From Lytechinus pictus (lineage: Eukaryota): a stretch of DNA of 64,000 nucleotides. Of the stretch, positions 41,014 through 53,673 are shown piece after piece. Within the stretch, counting starts at the first letter, position 1. Each line of letters opens with the position of its first letter. Location: positions 9,674,001 through 9,738,000 of the forward strand of contig NC_087251.1 in NCBI RefSeq assembly GCF_037042905.1, in the 5' to 3' direction. The notes under the pieces were generated by a model that saw only the letters and a list, made by a program, of their open reading frames with translations, did not search any database and was not told where the DNA came from. Both the position numbers and the translations under genes were made by a program.

Positions 41014-41456
41014 ATAAGCCAGTTCGTAGTTCCTTTCTGCGCATGATCAAAAGATTCTACGCATGATCAGAGGAAGGTCATTTGTACCAAAGTGACATGG
41101 TGGTTTAAAATCTAATGAGATAAGCACCAACTTTGATTTCTTGATTATTCATATATTCTTTTGAATTGTGGTTTTCATTTACATCCACAATGCGTCCACG
41201 AACGACTGGTTTTCACAGTTTGCCAAGTACATTGTGCAACATGCTATGATATGCATTCAAAGTAGGAATGCAACAAATACCTTCATAAAGTGTTCATTTG
41301 TGTGCTATTCTAGTCACCTGGTCTTTTCAATTTCTTCATCCTGCTATGTAAGGCAAGCTTACGTAATATTTTGCTTTGAAATCTGCCTATCATAATGAAA
41401 GAAATGAAAGGTCATTTGACCGAAAATTGTCCATGAGTAACTACGAACTGGTCTAT
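41014..41456. mobile_element. MITE
   Basis: ATAAGCCAGTTCGTAGTT...AACTACGAACTGGTCTAT. Confidence 0.65.
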
Positions 41457-42231
41457 AGAAAATACCGCTTGACAGCAAAAAAAAAAAAAAAAAAACAGAA
41501 AGAGGAAAATAATGCTAAGCGTCTAAAATGCAGCTAGCAGTACAAGCTGCAGAACCGTAAACAAACGTCTTGTGAATAATATCGCGCGCCCTCTTTAGGC
41601 AAAAGTTGATATACACGATGATCCGGCGGCATCTACGTGAAGATCACGAGAAAATGCTTTTTTTTTCTTAAAAAAAACAGCAAAGAGAAGTCAACAAACG
41701 ATCCATATGGTTCGGTAAGTGTCATAGCACAATTAGAAACTTTAGGTAAACTGTAATGGCATAGTTATTTTAGTAAAAAGGGTGTGAAAGATTCGCGTGC
41801 ACCATGTGCATATGAATCCTTCGCACCCGAGATGCATTGAACCCATGAGTGTACTAATACTAACCTCGCAATACGTGTGAGTGGTGTACGAGGAGAAATG
41901 AAAAAAAAAAATTAATGTTTAAAAAGTCCTCGAAACAGACAGCTGCCAGTTGTCTAATCGTTCTGTAAGTTTCGTAGGAGGACTTGATTCTGTAAATACT
42001 CTTATGAAATTTGCGTGAGTTTGTTGCAATTTTGCATGCGCCGTGCCTTCAATTTTCCTTTACACGGCGGCAGTAATAATACGGTACCGTACCGGTACGT
42101 ATGCACCCAGGCCATGGGTGTCGGGTGGAACAAGGTTGCCTCAATAGAGAAAATTAGAGTCAATGCCTGGTTGGCAAGTCAATTCAAACTGTGAAATAAC
42201 AAAATCAACATAACGTTGGTTTGGTACTTAC

Positions 42232-42520
42232 TCAAGTTACTGTTATCTCAACAAGATGATGTGATGAACAACTCACAATTGATGTTAGATGATAGATCTT
42301 CTCTGACAATTTCGTAAAATTCGAGCTCAACTCTCACAACGCAACGTACGGTACGTCGATGGAATTGCAAAACAATGGCGCGATTACGGTACCTGAAATT
42401 TCGCACAGAGCTAGCTAGCTAGCTAGAGCGACGCGGCGCGCGGCGGCCCGAGATCTAGGAGGGCTGGCCTTTTGGTCAAGAGAGATTGATCGTCATTGGC
42501 CAATGACTAGCATGCCCCCG
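42232..42520 (-). promoter_or_regulatory. Candidate promoter and non-coding first exon of arginase
   Basis: Perfect GTAAGT donor on the minus strand (42231-42226). It is preceded by an ATG-free stretch and a CpG-rich island with (AGCT)n, CGGTAC and CCAAT/ATTGG motifs. The arginase ATG exon has an acceptor at 31390, so it needs an upstream exon. Confidence 0.5.
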
Positions 42521-43227
42521 ACACACCCCCATCTTTTTCTCTGCATCAAAATAGCCAATCGGGAATAAAATTATTGGAAATGGTTTTTCAACTGATTTGA
42601 ATAGGTATGGGTGTCAATATTTTACCAAAAGAAAGTTAGGAGGAATACGGGTTGGGGAAAGTGTTTTTTTCAAGGTCAAAGGTCAATGACCTTTTCATAT
42701 ATACTGTATAATGGTATCTCTGAGATGGGAAGGTGCAGGTTGGTGATAATGGTGTCAAAATGCACAAATTCTTACCAGAATATAAAATAAAATAAAATTA
42801 AGTACCTAGAATGCACATTCACCGATAAAAGTCAAGGTCAAAGCCTTTCAAAGGTCAATGACATTTTTTAAAACATTATATACCATACTGTATAATGGTA
42901 TCTTTAAGATTGAAAGGCACAGGTTGGTGATCATGGTGTCGAGATGCACAGATTCTTACAAGAAGATCAAAGAAAATAACCTAGAATGGACATTCACCAA
43001 TAAAATTCAAGGTCAAAGCTTTTCAAAGGTCAATGACCTTTTTTACATTATATACCATACTGTATAATGGAATCTCTAAGATTGAAAGGCACAGGTTGGT
43101 GATCATGGTGTCAAAATGCACAAATTCTTACCAGAAGATCAACAACAACAAAATAAGTACCTAGAATGCACATTCACCCATAAAATTTAAGGCCAAAGGT
43201 CAATGACCTTTTATACAATATATTATA

Positions 43228-45346
43228 CAGTGCGTATCAATAAAAAGTTTACACTTTGAAAAAGCCATGGGAAATAAAAAATATACAACATGTGGGTGAT
43301 TTTTTCACATACAATCTTTTTTTTTTTTTTTTTTTTCTTTCAATCTTTATTGATCAAAAAATAGGTATATACTTGTCAAGACAGATTCATAAAACAAATT
43401 AGATATCAAATCTCCACTTTTTAAAATGTACAGGTAATTTACCATTTTTCTTCGCCAAAACATATTCAATATCCTTAATACCTTTGATACGAGCTTTAAA
43501 TTCCACAATATTGGGGTTTTTGTTATTAAATTTACAAAAGTGAACATAGTATTTGAAAGCAAGGAAAATGAATGTTAGAAAATTATCACCTTGAATACCA
43601 AAGACCTTTACAAAGGGGGAAAGGATAATATTCGAATGTTGTTTTTGGTTTATTATAGATAAAAGATCATCCCATACAATGTTAACCACCGGACAATCAC
43701 AAAATATATGTATATTGTTTCAGGGTCTCTTTTACAGAATGAACAGTTTGGGGAATCTTTTCTCTTGATTTTAAATAAACATGCATTAAGGGCAATTGTC
43801 TTATGAAACACCTTGAAATAAAATGATCTGAGGCGGCTATCAATAGTACTCTTAAAATTCAGCATATGTATTTTCTCCCAGTCTACTTTGTCGTTAGAAG
43901 GGCACGACTCTTCCCAAAAGGAAATACAATTATCTGGGAGACATTGATCGAAAAATATCGAGTATGCATAACTGCTAACTTTCCTTTTCTCTAATAATTT
44001 ATCTACAACTTCGGAATGGATATCTAAATCTGGATTATTATGCCAATCTAACCATGGACCAGGAATATTTTGTAATAGAAAATTATATTTTCTTCTATCT
44101 TTTGCTGAAATTTCAAAGTCGAGAACTAACTCTTCAAATAACTTGTAACCTGGATGGGGTGGATTAAAGAGATCACTTATAAAAAACTATGCCCTTATTA
44201 AACCAATTTTCATAAAAGAAAAATTGTTTAGATTTGGATCTGACATTTCTATTAAACCAAATACAATGTGAATAACCCAAATACAAATAATCATAACCAA
44301 ACTCTTTTCTGGAAGCTTTATCTCTAAACAAGTACCAGGTCCGGATTGAGTCTGCAAGTAGGGAACAATTTAAATTATTCAAAATTTGTTCAGGTGCATG
44401 GGCCTTCCACAAAATGTCCCTCATTGCATTAAATTTTTTCACATACAATCTTTGGTTTGGGTCTCATCTATCCAATGAAATTAAAAGTTTTGACAGAATG
44501 TTACACTTGAGTGAGCACTGTCCATTTTTGTAAAGCTCGCAGAAATCTGTTTGCGCAGAAATGCTCGTTTTCACGCTGTGTCAAGGGGAAAGGGCGAAAT
44601 CAAACTTACCCTGCGAAACATTTCTCATACATTTCCCTTGCACTTTTAGTCAATTGAAATAAAACAGATACATTCAAGCATTTTGTGACAATTTTGCCAC
44701 CCAAATTGATATTTCAACTCATAGTAAGCACAACCTTTACCCTTTTTGTGCCAGCTGGATCTGAGGACATAACTTAATCTGAACAAAAGTTTATATCAGA
44801 CATCTCCAGCATTTTTTCACTAAGTTTTTATTATTTAAAGTGGGTTTACATTTTATTTTTCATTTAATACTTGTTTCTCCACACTTTTTCCAAGCTTGAC
44901 AATGATTAACAAAATGAAAATCAAGCCTAAGCCATTTCATGTAAATCACAGCTCATTGTAAAGCAAATATCGTCACGATGGCCTCGGTGTGTGGGGAGTG
45001 GGGTGGGGCGCAATGTACTCTTCGAAGTGTTTTGGACAAGGAAACAAGTTAAAAAGGGTAAAAGATATCTTCAAATCAATTTTACTAGCTAAATTCAACG
45101 TGTTCTTCATGATTAAGGTCTACTTTTCTTCGCATAACTATTTCAAAGTTCTGCGCAAATCATTTTTCACTAACTTTTCAAAAGTAAGTGGTGCTCACTC
45201 AAGCGGAAATGATTTTCGACAGTTATATCGTCATTTGCTTAAATCGATCTGTACCAATGTAAAAATGTGGAAAAATCTTCAGGATATTACAAATGTATAA
45301 TTTTACAGAATTTTTGATAAGTGTAAACTTTTTTTGATACGCACTG
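43228..45346. mobile_element. Tc1/mariner-type non-autonomous element nested in the foldback
   Basis: TA|CAGTGCGTATCAA.AAAAAGTTTACACTT...AAGTGTAAACTTTTTTTGATACGCACTG|TA. Confidence 0.88.
43320..44433 (-). mobile_element. 5'-truncated L1/Tx1-type LINE with poly(A) tail and 20-bp TSD
   Basis: TSD TTTTTTCACATACAATCTTT at 43300-43319 and 44434-44453, and poly(T) on the + strand at ~43317-43340. Degenerate ORF2 C-terminus: IWFNRNV, LRSFYFKVFH, SPNCSFCKRDPET..HIFCDC zinc knuckle. Confidence 0.9.
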
Positions 45347-45641
45347 TATAATGGTATCTCTTAGATAAAACGGCGCAGGTTGGTGTTCTTGGTGTCAAAA
45401 TACACAGATTCTTACAGGAAGATTAAATAAAATAAAATTAAGCTTCGATAATGCACATTCACCCATAAAATTCAAGGACAAAGGTCAATGTCCTTTTTAA
45501 CAGATAATAATAATGGTATCTCTGAGTAAAAACGTCGCAGGTTGGTGATCTTGGTGCCAAAATTCAAAGATTTGTACAAGAAGATTAAACAAAACCAAAA
45601 CAAGAATAATGAATAAACTTTCACCCTTGAAATCCAAGATC

Positions 45642-45822
45642 ATATATATATATATATATGATCGGCATTTTTTTCGGCATCACCAATTTTTCCAAAAAGG
45701 GTAGATAGCTCTGGGGAACCTTGATTTAAGCTACGCCTACCATTGTTCTCTTCATCCATTTCTTTCACACAATATATATATATATATATATATAATATAT
45801 ATATATACATATATATGTATAT
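45642..45822. mobile_element. Second copy of the (TA)n-embedded element
   Basis: Reverse complement of 10130-10217, flanked by TA runs. Confidence 0.7.
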
Positions 45823-48800
45823 AATCTGTATGACATGAAAATAACAAAAAATTATCCTTTGTGTTCATATTTTATTTGTGAATAATGTAAATAAAGATGG
45901 CTAAAATTTTGTAATGAAAACATAATTTCAGTCTGAAATAATGAAGGTCATGGAGAATGTATTTATGGGTCAGAGGTCAATGAAATCTTTCCAAAATATC
46001 AGTGGAAATTAATTTTAAAAAGTTGATAACCAAATAACACTTCTTTATATATTGCGATGCGTTGCCAAAAGCAATGAAAAAAAAATTAAATCAAGTACAT
46101 AATTTGAAATGATTTTAATCTTAAGTAGCAGCATTAATGCATCATTATATCTAAATTAAGGTTGTCGTGTCCTTTTCTCTCCAGCGATAGGCCACTCACC
46201 TCAATGCTATGATAAATACTTCTGAAAATGTAAAGGATAGGTCTAACTCTCATGTCACAGCTAGCATCATCTGAGAGCATTTCCAAACAGCAGAGGGATG
46301 ATGATGAATGAAATGAGGGCCATCATTAGAGCTGCAGCTTCTGTCATAGTAAATGGCATTAAGTGTCTGACATTACGTATCTCAACTTCAACAAAGATGA
46401 ATTCCCGTATTATTATCAATTACCTCTCATTGCGAGCTGCCAGAATCTCTTGAGATGCTAATGCTGCATGACAAAACTTCATATCTGCTCTCTGCCTTAC
46501 GTCACCCATGATGCTATTTCTACTAGGTATCAGTTTGTACAAGGATCATGTATTTGGTCCAGAACAACTGATTGTTATCATGCACAAAATAATTAGGCAT
46601 ATAATAATGAAATTCAAAAGGAGATAATAGCTTACAAGTACACATCCATCGACCTAAGTAACAAAACTCCTATATGTACAGCACCTCTTCCAGTTCTTGA
46701 GAATCAAGCTGTGCAACGTATCAGTAATAATAGATCCTGGGCTGATATCCCTTGACAGAACGTTAGGCTTTCATGAATGGGACAGATATCAAAGTCCTGA
46801 AAATATCAGAAGGTTTTCAAGAGTTTAATTACTCTTTGCTGAAGTTGAGACAATTAACTTCATTTACTATGACAAAAGCTGCAGCTCTAATGATTGCCTT
46901 ATTTTAATTCCTCATCTTTGTCACTGGCTGTATGAAAATGTTCTCGGATGATGCTTGCCATGAGAGATAGGCCTATCCTTTCCATTTACCAGTTTACAGA
47001 TTAAGTTATAGTTTATAGTATTGATTGTATAGCATTTGAGGTTCGTGACCTATTGCTACAGAGAAATTAGTACCTTGATTTAGATTTATAAAATGCATAT
47101 GTAAATGCTGCTACTTCAAACAGCTTCACCATTTCAAATTATATCATTTATTACATTTTTTTTTATACACTTTTGGCAATGCATTACAATATAATATATC
47201 AAGAAGTGCTATTTGATCTCAATTTCACCTCGAACTTGTATTTTGACATCATCATTGGTCAAGGATTCAACTTTTAAATTTGGGTTCATTTTCCACGCAG
47301 GCAAGTCTTTATCCCATCAGAATCACAATGCCTTCATGCCACAATCAAATTATCGACCTATATATTTTCTTAAATTCCCTGACGTTATTGACATAGTTGA
47401 TTGACCTCTATAGCCCCTAAATATATTTATCATGGCCATTATTTATCCTTATTTCAGAGTGAAATTATTAAACATCAAAGTTGTCATTACAAATATCCAT
47501 CTTTCTTTTTATCATTCACAAATGAAATGTGAATATAATGGATTAATTTCTTTTTGGGGGAAATCATGCATGGATGTATAAATATTTATTAACTTTTGAC
47601 CCTTGACTTTGGATATCAAAGGTGAAGGATTATTCTTTTTTTATGATTATTTTGTGCCTTTTTTATTTTCTTGCAAAAATTGCTTTTTGACACCCAAATC
47701 ACCAAACATGCAGCGTTTTATCTCAGAGATACCATTGTACGATATATAGCCTATGTAAAAAGGTCATTGATCTTTGACCTTGAACTTTATGGATTAATAT
47801 GCATTCTAGGTGATTAAATTTATCTTATTTGACCTCCATGTAAGAATATGTGCATTTTGACACATCGATCACCAACCTGTGCCGTTTCATCTCAGAGATA
47901 CTATTATTATATACAGTATTATATACAGTATGATAAAAAGGTCATTGAACTTTGAAAGGCTTTGACTTTGAATGTTATTGTTTAATGTGCATTCTGGGTA
48001 CTTAATTTTATTTTATTTTATCTTCCTGTAAGAACCTCTGCATTTTGACAACAAGATCACCATTCTGCGCCTTTTCATCTCAGAGATATCATTATACCGT
48101 ATATGGTATATAATGTAAAAAAAGGTCATTGACCTTTGAAAGGCTTTGACCTTGAATTTCATGGGTGAATTAGCATTGTAGGTACTTGATTTGATTTTAT
48201 TTGATCTTCTTGTAAGAATCTGTGCATTTTGACACCATGATCACCAACCTGTAATATTTTATCTGGGAGATACCATGATACAGTATATTTAAAAAGGTCA
48301 TTGACCTTTGACTTTGATTTTTAAAAACACTTTCCCCAACCCGTATTCCTCCTAACTTTGGTAAATGTTGACACCCATACCTACTCAAATAAGTCCAAAA
48401 ACCATTTCCAACAATTTTATTCCAGATGGTTACTAATTACGGGATAATATGTGTCGACATACATTACACCTGGGAACATACCGTAGTACTATTAATTAAT
48501 TATAGCGACCTATTATTATGGACGACAAAATTACTCTAGTCTGTGGCCTTTTTTATAAAATGGAAATAATGGCCGCGCCCGGGCAGCCCAAGCACGCATT
48601 CGAACTCACAATCATGATAGTCGAATCTCTTTTATATATATGGAACTAAAAGACCAAAACCCAAAACAAACTTGTTTTCTTTAATTTCTGAGTTTCTCTC
48701 TTGTTTTTTCTTTAATAATTTTTTTGCAAGGTACTTAGTTATGGTGATTTTACCCTATTGTAATAGGTTCATGTTGGTATACGGGCGAATCCAGTGTTTT

Positions 48801-48867
48801 TCATTTTCCCCGATTGAATGCTAAAAGCTAAAAGATAGGGGGAATTTTTGTTTTAATTGTTTGGTGG

Positions 48868-48931
48868 TCTTCTTCTTCTTCTTCTCCTCCTCCTCCGCCT
48901 TCTCCTTTTTCTTCTTCTTCTTCTTCTTCTC
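48868..48931 (+). repeat. (TTC)n/(TCC)n simple repeat
   Basis: Seen directly; the source of the poly-R and poly-F ORFs. Confidence 0.85.
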
Positions 48932-51294
48932 TTTGATGTGTAGAAAATCACATGGATCCTATCGTACTGTGCCCAGGTGCGTTCTAACGTGCTCGATACG
49001 GTGTGCCATGCACTCGAGATATAGTCCAGGAAAAATAAGGTTTGACCGCAAACAAATTGCAATAGAATTTTTTTCAACGCAATGCATTTCCATGAAGTCC
49101 CCAAAATGACATACTAAAAGTCCAGAAAAATCCATTTAGTGGAAAGATGTCTAATTTGCATAAATCCAAAATGGCGGCTACCGTAAGAATTTTTTATGAT
49201 TATTGATAGTAGTACAAACATTGTTCTGATCATAGCACTTTCAAAAATTATGATAAAAGCATGAAACTTTTACCAGTGTTATATCTTACCATAGGCTTCA
49301 TTTTAAAATCAGAATACAAGTCATATTTGACCTCTAGAGGTCAATGACCTTAAGGTCAATGACCTCTAAATATAAGAAAATTGATGCTTTGCATCATTAA
49401 TACATAATAAATATGGTTATAATGAAAACAAAATGATTCAATATTGACTTTCAAGGTATCTTGATATTTCAGAAAGAATTTGGTGGGTTTTAAGTCTTGA
49501 CCTTTGACCATGGAGAGCTGGAAAAGGTCAATGACCTTAACATCTTAGAATATTGACAAGTAGCATCTCTGATTTATGAACAAGCTTCTAGTGTAAAAAT
49601 TGCAATACAATTAATTTGAGCACGATGTATTTCCATGGAGTCACCAAAATGACATACTAAAAGTCCAGAAAAATCCATGTTAGTGGAAATAGGTCTAATT
49701 TGCATAAATCAAAAATGGCGGCTATCGTAAGAATTTTTGATGGTTATTGATAGTAGTACAAACATTGTTCTGATCATAGCACTTTCAAAAATTATGATAA
49801 AAGCATGAAACTTTTACCAATGTTATATCTTACCATAGGCTTCATTTTAAAATCAGAAGACAAGTCATATTTGACCTCCGCTGACCTCTAGAGGTCAATA
49901 AACTTAAGGTCAATGACCTCTAAATATCAGAAAATTTATGTTTTGCATCATTAGTACATAATAAATATGGTTATAATGAAAACAAAATGATTCAATATTG
50001 ACTTTCAAGGTATCTTTATATTTTAGAAAGAATTTGGTGGGTCATAAATCTTGACCTTTGACCTTGGAGAGCTGGAAAAGGTCAATGACCTTAACATCTT
50101 ATAATATTGACAAGTAGCATCTCCCATTTATGAACAGGCTTCTAGTGTAAAAATTGCAATTATTTGAGCACGATGTATTTCCATGAAGTTGCCAAAATGA
50201 CATACTAAAAGTCCAGAAAAATCCATGTAGTGGAAAGACGTCTAATTTGCATGAATCCAAAATGGCGACCATCATGAAAACTTTTCATGATTATTAGTAC
50301 AAGCACTGGTCTGATCATAGCACTTTTAAAAATTATTATTGAAGCATTGAACTTTCACCAGTGTTATATCTTACCATATGCTTCATTAAAAAAATTGGAT
50401 GCAAGTCCGATTTGACATCCGCTGATCTCTAGAGGTCAAATACCTTAAGGTCAATGACCTCAAAAAAAAAATGATGTTTCGCATCATTAGCTCATGATAA
50501 AAATAGTAATAATGAAAACAAAATTATTCAATATTGACTTCCGAGGTATTCTGGTATTTTAGAAAGAATTTGGTGGGTTATAAACTTTGACCTTTGAAAA
50601 CTGGAGAGCTAGAAAGGGTCAATGGCCTTAACATTTTGGAATATTGACGCTAAGCATATATGATAAACAGGCCTCAATGTGTAAAAATTGTAATACTATT
50701 TTTTTCAACACATTGCATCTCCATGAAGTCTCCAAAATGATATACCAAAAGTCCAGAAAAATCCAAGTGGTGGAAAAGCGTCTTATTGGCATCAAAAGTG
50801 ATCCAAAATGATTAATCGTAGTAGTACAAATACTGGTCTGATCATAACACTAAGAATATGATTAAAGCGTAAACTGTCATCACTGTTATATTTTATCATC
50901 TAGGTTTCATTTTAAAAATCGGATGCAATTTAGAATTGACCTGTGCTGAACTCTAGAGGCAATGATAATTGAAGTCGGAATATCATAAAAATTTATGTTT
51001 TGCATCAAAACAATTCGTTAACTTATAAGGCCCCTTGATAAATGAGAAAATTTGCGAGTATTAAAAGTTGTGACCTTTGACCCTGAAACTTTCAAAGGTC
51101 AATTCGTTTAGAATATTAAACTTAACTAGTTTACTATGTGGATATCTTCCATGGGACCAGTCCAGTGGAGCCTTCACCTGGATATTGAAATTGAAGGAAC
51201 AAAAAAAGGAAAAGGTAGCACGCTTCGGTGACACCACTCTGAGTAAATGAAACATTTTGATCTGCCGCCCAGATGTTCATTTAATCATCTCCGA

Positions 51295-51810
51295 TTTCTC
51301 GTCATGTCTGCATACGGAAAAAGATAAAATGGCAATATCTTAGATTTCGTCATGTCTACATCCTGTGTGAGAGATGATCAGATGGCAAGATCTTGGATCT
51401 CGTCATTTTTTTACATCCTGTGGGAGAGATGATCAGATCTAAGATATTGTCATCTTATCCTTTTCCCTAGAGTTGTAGACATGACGAGATCCCAGATCTT
51501 GTCATCGATCATCTCTCTTACAGGATGTAGACATGACGAGATCCAAGATCTTGCCAATCTGATCATATTTTCTAGAAAATGTAGACATGACGAGATCACA
51601 GATCTGGTCATCTCTTCTAAAAGATGTTGACATGATGAGATCCAAGATCTTGTCATCTGATCATCCCTCCCACAGGATGTAGACATGACAAGATCCAAGA
51701 TCTTGCCATCTGATCATCTCTCACACAGGATGTAGACATGACGAGATCCGAGATTTCGTCATCTTATCTCTTTTCCTTAAGAGATGTAGACATGACGAGA
51801 TGATTATATG
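51295..51810. repeat. ~50-bp minisatellite arranged as an internal inverted array
   Basis: GATGTAGACATGACGAGATCCAAGATCTTG units at 51470-51800, with reverse-complement units at 51295-51450. Confidence 0.8.
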
Positions 51811-51839
51811 AACATCTTAAGCTTCCATACTTCAGAATA

Positions 51840-52990
51840 GCTTGTCAGCCTGTTTAACAATGTGCTACACAGTCCTATCTCCCAGAAATTGTGAGGAATT
51901 AAGGCTGAAGTAATTCCTCAAACCTGGGAAAGATCAAAATGTGCCTAAAAGCTACAGGCCAATCACCCTTTTCTGATATCTCTACAAGCTACTTGAGCAT
52001 CTCATCCTAAAAAAAATGGTCCCATTATAGAACAACATATCATATTCCTAGCCAGGCTGGTTTTTAACTTTGGAAATAATATACAGGCTAGGTTCTCAAC
52101 CAGACTCAGTTCACTGAGGACTTCCGACTTGATACGGTAACTAACTAACGGGTGTAGAAAATTTTGTTGAATTAGCAGCTGCATCTGATACTGTGGTCTA
52201 CTCGTACAACTATACAAATCCTTGATGACATTCATCTGACCAAAGTCATCAAACTTCTACAAGAAAACAGACATCTTTTTATGGAGCTCAACAGGAAGAC
52301 CAGCAGGTAAAGAATTCAAAAGAACTGACTCTCTCAGGGTAGTGTTCTTGCTTGAGTCCAGTCTTCAAACCCAAAGACCAAGGTTAGCTTATTTCATCCC
52401 CACAATCCTCATGCTTTGAGGAAACTCAAAACAACCTATGGTTTTAATTCCATTCCAGCACTGCGACCATGCAATATATCTTGGTGTCAACCTTGATCAG
52501 TCACATTTAGAGTGAAGGTGGAAAGTGAGGATCCATAATAACCTTCTCCGGAACTGACAAACTCCTCCACCAATACTCTGCTACAGAGTGAGCATGTGCT
52601 GTCTTGGACACATCTACCTCTAGACAACACTTGTGGGACTATCACAAATTATCTAAAGCCAAAACAATGTGAAGGGTCTGTATTTCCTGTCAGGTATTGC
52701 CCATCTGATATACGCAGACCAGTAGCTATACCACAGAGCTCTCAGCGAAGATATAACGTTCATCAAATCTATGATGCCAAACTAGCTGAAAAAGCCTAAA
52801 ATCTAGGAAACATATTTTTAATTCTGTCCAACCACTGACAGAGTCACCATTATGCAAGTTATGGGAAGAGAAGTGCAGTGCCAACCAGCATCGTGGTAAG
52901 CTGCATCTCCCTTCTAATGAGCAACTACACCAGGTTACAATCTAGATGGGAAAACTTGCAAGTCTCTCGGGAAGTATACATAGATGATAA
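51840..52990 (+). pseudogene. Degenerate non-LTR retrotransposon reverse-transcriptase fragment
   Basis: Frame-broken motifs FLKPGKDQNVPKSYRPITL, LSQGSVLA and YLGVNLDQS. Confidence 0.7.
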
Positions 52991-53081
52991 GTGCAAAAAA
53001 TAATTGAGGCATTTCAGATATCATTTCAATACCTCCCAATGCTCTAACCTCGGTCAGGAATGTACTAGCCAAAAAAGACAT

Positions 53082-53226
53082 GGGACCCGTTTCATAAAGA
53101 GTTACAAATGTTGTAACGTTGCCATTATGACAACTACCATGGTAACCTTGATTTTGATTGGCTGCTGAACCCTAATGCCATGGTAGTTGCCATAATGGCA
53201 AAGTTACTCTTTATGAAATGTGCCCC
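53082..53226. mobile_element. Short palindromic MITE
   Basis: GGGACCCGTTTCATAAAGAGT...ACTCTTTATGAAATGTGCCCC. Confidence 0.7.
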
Positions 53227-53634
53227 TAGAGTTACAAACGTACAGCTATACATATGATATAGTTTTGTTATTTTAAACAGACCATTTGGGTAAAGATTGC
53301 AGATCTCAACATTTTGACTACTGAGGAAAGTGAAAAGTCAATTACCTCAAAACATTATCATATCAACCAGTGATGCCGAGTACCAATATTTTTACATTTA
53401 AGGTCAAATTTCTTTAGAGATCCTCAAATTTCAAACACAAGTTGATATAACATGATGCTAATCAAGAACTTTGGATGCAAAACATCAATATTTTTAAGTC
53501 ATTGGCCTTAAGGTCATTGTCCTCAAGAGGTCAGGAGAGGTCAAATCTGAATTGCATTGGAATTTTAAAATGAAGCCTATGGTGAAAGTTAAATGCTTTT
53601 ATTATTTTTTTTTAAGTGAGAAAGTCAAAAAGGG

Positions 53635-53673
53635 GCCTAAGCTTTCGATCCTAGCAGAATCTTCGTCGGAGGC
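53635..53673 (-). ncRNA. Minimal type I hammerhead ribozyme-like motif (Penelope-like element type)
   Basis: Minus strand GCCT-CCGACGA-A-GATTCT-GCT-AGGATC-GAAA-GCTT-AGGC. Stem I GCCT/AGGC; core CYGANGA; stem II hairpin; GAAA; short palindromic stem III (AAGCTT). The core has C in place of the canonical U (CUGANGA). Confidence 0.55.

Larger units (their letters stand above)
35454..41883. mobile_element. 6.4-kb CACTA/EnSpm-like non-autonomous element carrying nested insertions
   Basis: Perfect 27-bp TIR CACTCACACGTATTGCGAGGTTAGTAT (35454) / ATACTAACCTCGCAATACGTGTGAGTG (ends 41883), with a 2-bp TSD GT on both sides. Confidence 0.75.
42552..48432. mobile_element. 5.9-kb foldback element with ~1.6-kb inverted arms and ~165-185-bp subrepeats
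   Basis: 42560-42670 is the reverse complement of 48320-48425, and 46324-46353 of 46861-46892. The left arm is interrupted by 43228-45346 and 45642-45800. Confidence 0.85.

Noticed and set aside
48853..49109. Poly-Arg / poly-Phe ORFs
   Set aside because: Translation of a (TTC)n simple repeat plus a transposon end.
51295..51810. CRISPR-like repeat array
   Set aside because: The intervening sequences are themselves similar and the units degenerate; eukaryotic context with no cas genes. It is a minisatellite.
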